Shown here piece after piece: positions 9,054 to 17,500 of a DNA stretch of 31,923 nucleotides. The DNA lies in contig DAOMFB010000001.1 of the NCBI GenBank assembly GCA_035429585.1, positions 1 to 31,923 on the forward strand, given 5' to 3'. The DNA is from Thermoanaerobaculia bacterium (GTDB lineage Bacteria; Acidobacteriota; Thermoanaerobaculia; UBA5066). Position numbers and translations under genes: made by a program. Below the pieces are notes generated by a model that worked only from the letters and a program-made list of their open reading frames with translations, did no database searches and was not told where the DNA came from. Position 1 is the stretch's first letter. The number at the start of each line of letters is the position of its first letter.

Positions 9054-11467
9054 TCAGCCGAGATTACCGCGACCGGCCGCCAGGCGCGCTGCGGCGACCG
9101 CCGCCTGGCCGAGGCAGATCCCCCCGTCGTTCGGCGGGACCTCGCGATGGAGGAGGACCTCGAAGCCCTCGCGCCGGAGCGCCGCCGCCGCCCGCTCGGT
9201 CAGCAGCCTGTTCTGGAAGCACCCCCCCGTCAGGGCCACGCGCGGGCAGCCGACCCGCCGCGCCACCGCCGCGATCGCCGCGGCAAGGGCGTTGTGGAAG
9301 CGCGCGGAAAGCCGCTCGATCGGGACATCGGCCGCGCGCTCGGCGAGGAGCCCCGAGACGAGGGGAGACCAGTCGAGGACCAGTCTCCTTCTGGTAGCTG
9401 ACGCACCCGCCGGCACTTCGAAGCCGGTCATGACGTCGAAGGACGGAAGGGCACCGGATTCTTCGAGGGGAAAATAGAGGCGGCCGGTTTCCGTTTCATT
9501 CGGATCGGGGAGCCACTCGAGCCGCATCGCCGCCTGCCCCTCGAAGGAGCACTTCTGGGCGACGCCGAGGAGAGAGGCCACCGCGTCGAAGAGGCGGCCG
9601 GCGGACGTCGTGACCGGCGAGTTCACCGCCCTCTCCAGCATCGTCGAAAGGACGCGCTTCTCCGCCCCCGTGAACGCCCCGGCGGTTTCACCGACGTCGT
9701 CATTCTTCCCTTCGAAGAAACCCCCGGTCGGTTCCCCTCTTCCTCCCTCTCTCCTACTTCCGCCTTCCAGCGCCATTTCCCAGAGCAGCCCCGCCGCGCT
9801 GCGGCGCGGCTCGCGGACGGCGGCCTCGCCGCCCGGGAGGCTGAAGGGCCTGAGGTGGGCGACGCGTTCGAAACCGTTCGCGTCGCCGAGGAGGAACTCA
9901 CCTCCCCAGACCGTCCCGTCCGTCCCGAAGCCCGTCCCGTCCCACGTGACCCCGAGCGCCGGCCCGTCCACGCCGTTCTCCGCGAGGCAGGAGGCCAGGT
10001 GGGCGTGGGGGTGCTGGACGGCGACCGCCGGAAGGCCTGACGCCAGCGCCCATCTCGTCGAGAGGTAGTCGGGATGGAGGTCGTGCGCGACGGCGGCCGG
10101 CTTCACCTCGTAGAGCCGGGCGAGATCCCCGAGCACGCGCTCGAAGGCGGCGAGGGCCTGCGGCGTCTCGAGATCCCCGACGTGCTGGGAGAGGAACGCC
10201 TGCCGGCCCACCGCGAGGGCGACGACGTTCTTCAGGTGCGCGCCCACGGCGAGGAGGGGCGGCGTCTCGAACGGGAGACGGACCGGCAGCGGGGCCCAGC
10301 CGCGCGCCCGGCGGAGGAGCCGGGGGACGCCGTCCACGACGCGCGCCACGCTGTCGTCCACGTGCCGCTCGACGGGGCGGTCGTGGACGAGGAAGAGGTC
10401 CGCCATCCCGCCGAGGCGCCCGAGGGCCTCCCGCTCGTCCGTGCAGATCGGCTCGTCGGAGAGGTTCCCGCTCGTGGCGACGAGCGGGAAGCCGAGCTCG
10501 TCCAGCATCAGGTGATGGAGCGGCGTCGCCGGGAGCATCAGCCCCAGGTTCGGGTTCCCGGGGGCGACGTTCCGCGCGATTCCGTTTCCGGGCCGCGACG
10601 GGAGGAGGACGATGGGGCGCTCGGGCGACTCGAGCAGCAGCGCCTCCTCGGACGTCACCTCGCAGAGCGCCCGCGCCGCGTCGAGGTCGGCGACCATCAG
10701 GGCCAGCGGCTTCTCGTACCGGGCCTTCCGCTCGCGCAGGAGCGCCACGGCGCCGGGGCTGCGGGCGTCGCAGATCAGGTGGAACCCGCCCAGCCCCTTC
10801 ACCGCCGCGATCCGTCCCCCGGCGATCGCCCGGCAGGCCGACCGAAGCGCTTCGTCCCGTGCCGCGAGGACCTCGCCCGCGGCGCTCCAGAGCTCGAGAT
10901 GCGGGCCGCAGGCGCCGCACGCGTTCGGCTGGGCGTGGAAGCGCCGGTCGCGGGGGCTCTCGTACTCGGCCCGGCACGCGGCGCAGAGCGCGAAGCCCGA
11001 CATCGTCGTGTTCGGCCGGTCGTACGGCAGCGCCCGGACGATCGTGAAGCGGGGCCCGCAGCTCGTGCAGTTCGTGAACGGATAGCCGCGCCTCCGTCCC
11101 GAGGTGGCCCGGACGTCCGCAAGGCAGGGGACGCACGTCGCCAGGTCGGGAAGGACCTGGACGCTCTTCTCCCCCTCCCCGCGGCTGAAGCGGATCTCGA
11201 ACGAGGCCTCCCCCGCCGCCGGGACCTCTCTCTCGCGGACGGACGTCACGCGGGCCCGCGGCGGCCTCTCCGCGGAGAGGCGCGACCGGAACCGCGCCGG
11301 ACCCCCCCCCCCCCCGCCGGGTCGCCTTCCCCCCCGAGGAACCCGCCGCGCCCGTCTTCAAGCCCCCAGCCGCCGAGCCCCTCGTCGGCGGCGAGCCGGT
11401 AGACGAACGGGCGGAAGCCGACCCCCTGGACGGCCCCCTCGATCTCCACCCGCAGCCGCTTCCGCAC
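9054..11467 (-). CDS. hypF: Carbamoyltransferase HypF, split by a frameshift at a G14 tract (11302-11315)
   Basis: The acylphosphatase-domain start (RLRVEIEGAVQGVGFRPFVYRLA) is in one frame from GTG 11467. After the homopolymer, a different frame gives ARFRSRLSAERPPRARV..., zinc fingers (CVPC/CTSC, CAAC/CGAC), KGLGGFHL, HDLHPDYLS, QHPHAH, DGTGFGTDGTVWGGE and PPNDGGICLGQ. Confidence 0.93.
11302..11315 (-). repeat. 14-nt homopolymer (C14 on the + strand, G14 on the hypF coding strand)
   Basis: Read directly as a-cccccccccccccc-g at 11301-11316. It coincides with the hypF frame switch. Confidence 0.95.
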
Positions 11468-11559
11468 CGGGAAAGAGATTACCCGTCGGGGCCGGAGCCC
11501 GCGTCCCGACGCCTCCGGGAGGTCTCCCACCGCGTCGAAGGCCTCCCCGGACCGTTCGC

Positions 11560-11579
11560 CATGATGCAGAAAGATCATG
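11560..11579. promoter_or_regulatory. Inverted repeat CATGAT-N8-ATCATG in the hypF/cytochrome divergent intergenic region; candidate transcription factor site
   Basis: Perfect 6-bp arms within an AT-richer patch. A TATCAT -10-like hexamer lies at 11646-11651. Confidence 0.35.
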
Positions 11580-11695
11580 CGGCGACCGAAGCGATCCGGG
11601 CCCTCCTAGTGCGAGTTCGGGATATCGCTGCCGGAAGGGCGCCGCTATCATCCGCCCGCGCCGCGGCCTGAATCGTGGACGCCCGCGAGGTGAAC

Positions 11696-14509
11696 GTGCC
11701 GAGTCGACCCGCTTCCCCCAAGCCCCGCCGCCGTCCCGGCCTCCGGACGGCCGGTCTCGCGCTCCTCGCCCTGCTCTCCGTCGCGAGCTTCCGGGCCCTC
11801 GGCCAGGAGAACGCGGACTGCCTCGGGTGCCACTCCGACAAGACGCTGACGAAGAAGCGGGCCGGAAAGACCGTGTCGATCTACGTGGACGAGAAGCGGC
11901 TCGAGGCCTCCGTCCACAAAGGGGCCCCCTGCATCGGATGCCACTCGGACCTGGCCGGCAAGGAGCTCCCGCACGACGAGAACGTCGGGCGGCCGGCCTG
12001 CGACTCGTGCCACGGAGAGATCGTCTCCCGGTATGCCGAGAGCCTCCACGGCAAGGCCGTCAAGAAGGGGGACCCCCTCGCTCCCCGCTGCCAGACCTGC
12101 CACGGCAGCCACGACGTCGTGAAGGTGAAGGACCCCAAGTCCCCGGTCCTCCCCGCGAAGATTCCGTTCCTCTGCGGCCGGTGCCACCGGGAGGGGACGG
12201 CCGTGCAGCTCCAGCACGACATCCCGCAGAGCCGGATCCTCGAGAACTACACGGAGTCGATCCACGGCGAGGCGCTGATGAAGAAGGGCCTCACCGTCGC
12301 GGCGACCTGCGTCTCGTGCCACACGCCGCACCTGACGCTCCCGCACACCGACCCGCGCTCCTCGATCGCCCGGGCGAACATCGCGAAGACCTGCTCGGCC
12401 TGCCACTCCTCGATCGAGGAGGTTCACCAGAAGGTGATCAAGGGCGAGCTCTGGGAGAAGGAGGCCCATCAGCTCCCGGCCTGCGTCGACTGCCACCAGC
12501 CCCACAAGGTCCGGGTCGTCTTCTACGACCGCGGGATGGCCGACGCGGAGTGCCTGAAGTGCCACGCGAAGAAGGACCTCAAGGCGAAGGACGGCCGGTC
12601 GATCTTCGTCGACACCCAGCAGCTGGCCGCCTCGAAGCACAAGGAGAAGCGCTGCTCGCAGTGCCACTCCGAGGTCCGGCCGTCGCTCGACCGGCCCTGC
12701 GCGGCGATCACCCAGCGGGTGAACTGCGGCTCCTGCCACGCCCAGACGGTCCAGCAGTACCAGCGGAGCACCCACGGCCAGCTCGTCCTGAAGGGCGACC
12801 CGAACGGCCCCCCCTGCGAGGAATGCCACGGGACCCACGGCGTGAAGGGGCGGACGGACCCGTCCTCGCCGACGTTCGTCAAGAACGTCCCGGCGCTCTG
12901 CGCCCGCTGCCACCGCGAGGGGAAGAAGGCCGCCGTCCGCTACAAGGGCGAGCAGCACGAGATCATCGAGCACTACACGGAGTCGATCCACGGGAAGGGC
13001 GTCCTCCAGAGCGGCCTCCTCGTGAGCGCCGCCTGCACCTCCTGCCACACGGCGCACTACGTCCTCCCGGCCTCGAACCCGGAGTCGAGCGTCAGCACCG
13101 CGCGCCTCCCCGAGACGTGCGGCCGGTGCCACCACGGCGTCGAGGAGAAGTTCGAGAAGAGCATCCACTCCCGGCTCGTTTCGAAGTCGAAGGAGAAGCT
13201 CCCGGTCTGCGACGACTGCCACACCGCCCACACGATCCGCCGCACGGACAACGTCGGCTTCAAGCTCTCCGTGATGGACAGCTGCGGCAAGTGCCACAAG
13301 GACGTCACGGAGACCTACTTCGCCACCTTCCACGGGAAGGTCTCCCAGCTCGGCTACGCCAAGACGGCGAAGTGCTACGACTGCCACGGCGCCCACGACA
13401 TCCTGCCGCCGACGAATTCCGCCTCGCACCTCTCCCGCGAAAACGTCGTGCAGACCTGCCAGAAGTGCCACCCGGGAGCCACGCGCCGGTTCGCGGGGTA
13501 CCTGACGCACGCGACGCACCACGACAAGCACAAGTACCCGGTCCTCTTCTACACGTTCTGGGGGATGACGCTCCTCCTCCTCGGCACCTTCACCATCTCG
13601 GGCCTCCACACCCTGATGTGGCTCCCGCGCGCGCTCAAGATGCGGAAGGAGCATCTGGCCGAGGAGAAGGTGCACGACCCGACGGCGAAGCAGTATGTCC
13701 GGTTCACCCGCCTCGAGCGGACCCTCCACATCAGCCTCATCGTCAGCTTCATCACGCTGGCGCTGACCGGCCTCTCCCTGAAGTTCTCCTACACTCCCTG
13801 GGCCGTGAGGGTCGCCAAGGTCTTCGGCGGGTTCGAGACGGCGGGATTCATCCACCGGACCGCCGCGGTCCTGATGTTCGCGGTCTTCGTCACCCACGTC
13901 GTCGACATGCTCAAGCAGAAGCGACGCAAGAAGAAGAGCTGGAAGGACGTTCTCTTCGGCGCGAACACGATGATGCCGACGATGAAGGACGCCCGGGACG
14001 TCCGCGACTCCGTCAAATGGTTCCTCGGCCGGGGGCCGCGCCCGCAGTACGGCCGGTGGACCTACTGGGAGAAGTTCGACTACTTCGCCGTCTTCTGGGG
14101 GGTCTTCGTCATCGGATCGACCGGCCTGCTCCTCTGGTTCTCCGAGGCCTTCACGCAGTTCCTGCCCGGCTGGCTCCTGAACGTCGCGACGATCGTCCAC
14201 AGCGACGAGGCGCTCCTCGCCGTCGGCTTCATCTTCACGATCCACTTCTTCAACACCCACCTGCGCCCGGAGAAGTTCCCGATGGACATCGTGGTCTTCA
14301 CGGGCCGGATGCCGGTCGAGGAGCTGAAGCGGGACAAGCCCGCGGAGTACGAGGAGATGGTCAAGTCGGGCAAGCTCGAGGAGAACCTCGGCGAGGCCTA
14401 CCAGCCGGTCGTCCTGAAGGCGATCCGGGCCTTCGGGTGGACGGCCCTGACCCTCGGCTTCCTGACGGTCCTCTGGATCATTTACGCGATGATCTTCGCC
14501 TACAGGTGA
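11696..14509 (+). CDS. CbcL-like inner-membrane cytochrome: 19 c-type hemes plus a C-terminal FdnI/HydC-type cytochrome b domain (about 937 aa)
   Basis: Signal peptide, then 19 CxxCH motifs counted by hand, then hydrophobic helices with His (RTLH, FIHR, VTH, IVHS, TIHF) and WEKFDYFAVFWG. GTG 11696 is preferred over 11675 because of the GAGG upstream. Confidence 0.9.
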   Translation: MPSRPASPKPRRRPGLRTAGLALLALLSVASFRALGQENADCLGCHSDKTLTKKRAGKTVSIYVDEKRLEASVHKGAPCIGCHSDLAGKELPHDENVGRPACDSCHGEIVSRYAESLHGKAVKKGDPLAPRCQTCHGSHDVVKVKDPKSPVLPAKIPFLCGRCHREGTAVQLQHDIPQSRILENYTESIHGEALMKKGLTVAATCVSCHTPHLTLPHTDPRSSIARANIAKTCSACHSSIEEVHQKVIKGELWEKEAHQLPACVDCHQPHKVRVVFYDRGMADAECLKCHAKKDLKAKDGRSIFVDTQQLAASKHKEKRCSQCHSEVRPSLDRPCAAITQRVNCGSCHAQTVQQYQRSTHGQLVLKGDPNGPPCEECHGTHGVKGRTDPSSPTFVKNVPALCARCHREGKKAAVRYKGEQHEIIEHYTESIHGKGVLQSGLLVSAACTSCHTAHYVLPASNPESSVSTARLPETCGRCHHGVEEKFEKSIHSRLVSKSKEKLPVCDDCHTAHTIRRTDNVGFKLSVMDSCGKCHKDVTETYFATFHGKVSQLGYAKTAKCYDCHGAHDILPPTNSASHLSRENVVQTCQKCHPGATRRFAGYLTHATHHDKHKYPVLFYTFWGMTLLLLGTFTISGLHTLMWLPRALKMRKEHLAEEKVHDPTAKQYVRFTRLERTLHISLIVSFITLALTGLSLKFSYTPWAVRVAKVFGGFETAGFIHRTAAVLMFAVFVTHVVDMLKQKRRKKKSWKDVLFGANTMMPTMKDARDVRDSVKWFLGRGPRPQYGRWTYWEKFDYFAVFWGVFVIGSTGLLLWFSEAFTQFLPGWLLNVATIVHSDEALLAVGFIFTIHFFNTHLRPEKFPMDIVVFTGRMPVEELKRDKPAEYEEMVKSGKLEENLGEAYQPVVLKAIRAFGWTALTLGFLTVLWIIYAMIFAYR

Positions 14510-14517
14510 TCCGGTCC

Positions 14518-14548
14518 CGGTCCCGGCCGCGCACGGCGGCCGGGACCG
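14518..14548. terminator. GC-rich hairpin between convergent cytochrome genes; probable bidirectional terminator
   Basis: 13-bp perfect stem CGGTCCCGGCCGC / GCGGCCGGGACCG with a 5-nt loop, in the 51-bp gap between the two stop codons. No U-tract. Confidence 0.6.
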
Positions 14549-14560
14549 AGCGGGGGCGGA

Positions 14561-17500
14561 TCAGGCGGGCGGCTTCCCGCGGCCGATCGAGAGGTAGAAG
14601 CGTCCTCCGACGACCGCCGGATCTCCGGGGTAGCCGAGCGCCTTGAAGTCGAGCCGCTCCTTCACCCCCGGATAGACCTTCCGCCGGTGCTCGGGAAGGT
14701 CCATCTGCTGGGCCTTCTGGTGGCACCGCGTGCAGGTGATCGCCTCGGCCTGGTGGCAGTCCGCGCAGCCGAGCGCCTTCTTCGCCGGGACGACCTCGTG
14801 GTGGATTCCGGAGTACATCTTCGTCTCGACGAAGCCGTACTCGCCGGAGTAGGCGACCCCGGCCTTCTTCATCCCGTCCGTGATCGCCTTCGGCAGGTCG
14901 AAGTGGGTCCAGTAGCCGTCCTGCAGCTCCGGAACGGCGAGGACCTTGTTCTTCTTGTCGTACGGGAGGGTCGCCGTGTGGAGCTTGAAGGGGAAGATGC
15001 GGGCGTCGGGCGTCCTCTTCTCTCCGACGGGCGCGTTCAGGACGACGGGCTTCGACGGGTCGATCTTGTCGCCGACGAGCGTGGCCGAGCGCGTGCCGTC
15101 GAACCAGAGGTAGACCGGCTCGACGTCCTTCGCCCACGTGAGGGAGCCGAGCTTCTTGTCGTAGACGGGCCGGCCATACGCATCGGTCTTCTCGGGGCGG
15201 TCCTGCCCGGCCACGGAGAAGTCCCGCCGGACGAGGGTCGGGGCCGTGTGGGCGAACGACGGGATGTGGCACGTCTCGCACGCCACGGCGCGGACGTGGT
15301 CGTCGAGGTGGCGGGAGAGGGCCCCGGCGACGCCGTGCGGCGTCGCGCCGTGGCACTTCTCGCAGCGGACGCGCCCCTCCACGGCCGGCGCCGAAAAGGA
15401 CATTCCGGCGATCCGGTGGGCGGTCGTCGTGTGGCAGTCCTGGCAGCGCATCTTCAGGGTGCCCATGTGCATGTCGAGGCCGGCGGCGTCCGCGACGAGG
15501 GCCGGCTCGAGGTCGCCGTGGGAGGCGTTCGGGGCGCCGCCGATCCCGAAGTGGCAGGAGCCGCACTCGCGGAGCCCCGGCCGCCCGACCTTCTTCGCGG
15601 CCGCGGCGAGGTCGAACGACGGGTCGGGGAGGCCCGAGCGGCTCGCGTCCTTCTTGTACGTTCCGGTCGCGTCGTGGCAGACGAGGCAGTCGATGTTCGC
15701 CGGGTCCTTGTAGTCGAAGCTCCCGTCCATCTTCCCGTACCCGATGTGCATGGCGGCGCTCTGCGGCGTGCTCGGCGAGAAGGTGATGTAGTAGCCGTTG
15801 ATCACCGAGGCGAGGGCGACGTCGGCCCGGTGCTCCTGCCCGACGATCGTCGGGGACCGCCCTTTCCAGTTCCAGTGGGCGGTCGCGAGGATGTCCTGCC
15901 CGACCTTCGTGTGGCAGCGGAGGCACTCCCGGGTCACGTCCTGCGGCCCCGGCGTCTCCTTGAAGGCGACGAGGGCGGCGTGGTCGGGGGTCCAGGGATG
16001 GTGGCAGCCGGCGCACTCGGTCGGGGCCGTCGTCGGCTTGGGCTGCCGCTCGTGGCAGCCGATGCATTGCCGGTGGTACGCCCCCTTCAGTCCGATGCGG
16101 GAGGGGGCATCCTCCTCCTTCGGCAGGCCGTGGCAGTGCATGCAGCTCTGCGGCGGCCGGTCGGCGAGCGAATCGTGGCACGCCGAGCAGGGGCCGCCGA
16201 GCTTCACGTCCATCCCGGCGTGCAGCTCCTTCAGGTCGCTCCCGACGCGGTCCGTCGGCGAGCTCGCGTAGCGGTGGTGGCACGCCGCGCAATCCCCGTT
16301 GACGAGCTCGTCGTGGATCCGGTGCGAGAAGGGGACGGGCTCGTAATCGTCCCCCTTTGCCTTCAGGGCCGCGGCCTCGAGGAGGTAGAAGTTCTTGTAG
16401 CCCGACGGGCGGTGGGGGTAGGCGGGCCCGCCGGCCGCCTTGACGGGCGGAAGCGGCGCCGTCACCCGCTGGACCTCCTTGACGGTCAGCTCGGTCGCCT
16501 GGATCGCCTCCTTGTGGACGACGACGTAGAGGAGGACGAAGCCGAAGACGGAGGCGGCGGCGAGGCCGCGGACGACCCACGTCCAGAACGGGGAGACCGG
16601 CTCGGTCCCCTCGTCCTCGCCGGCGGCCATTCCCGTCTCCTCGGCCGCCGCGGTTCCCGGCAGGATCGGGAAGAAGGTGACCATGAACCGGTAGCAGAAG
16701 AGGATCGAGCAGACGATCGCGATCGTCATCGAGATCTCGCCGACCGACGGGAAGTAGGCCTTCTGCGAGAAGGGGGGCTCGTAGGCGACGAGGAAGACGT
16801 TGAACCGGTTCAGGATGACGCCGAAGATGACGAGGCAGGCGCTGAAGAAGAGCCAGCCGGGCGAGCGGCGGACCCCGTCGTTCATCAGGAGGACGAGCGG
16901 CGCCACGACGCCGAGGAGGAGCTCGACGGCGAGGGCGACCGTCGCGCCCGGGTGGGAGACGAAGTCGAGCTGCTTGTGGCGGATCGCGAGGTCGCCGAAC
17001 TTCACGACCGCGTACGCGCCGAGGAGGTACGGGATGAAGCGGGCCAGCGGCGCCAGGAGGTCCATCTCCGGTTTCCGGCCGAAGCTCGTGCTCGAGTAGA
17101 TCGACTCGAGGATGACCATCGGGTACCCGACCGCCATCGCCGACATCAGGAAGAGGAGCGGGAGGATCGGCGTGTCCCAGATCGGGTTCAGCTTCGTGTG
17201 GGCGATCATCATCAGCGTCCCGAGGGACGACTGGTGCATGCACGAGAGGACGACGCCCGCGACGATGAAGACGGGGAGGATGATCTTGATCCAGGAGTGG
17301 ATCGTCAGGATCGGCTTCTTGACCTTCCGGAGGAAGGCGGCCCCCCACTCGTCCCCCTCCGCCCGGGCCCGGAGGCCCTCGAGGACCGCCGGGCTCGTCT
17401 CGATCGCGAGGACCATGAGGTAGGCCATCACGCACATGCCCACCTCGAAGAGGACCGAGTTGCCCTGCCAGTTGAAGAGCGGACGCCAGATGTTCCACCA

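Noticed and set aside
11560-11579. FNR or Rex box
   Set aside because: The spacing and half-sites do not match TTGAT-N4-ATCAA or TTGTGAA-N4-TTCACAA.
14561-15960. Calling the OTR-like domain a functional tetrathionate or nitrite reductase
   Set aside because: The heme-II CxxCH, the Lys ligand and the pocket residues are all substituted, and there is no NrfA-type CxxCK motif.
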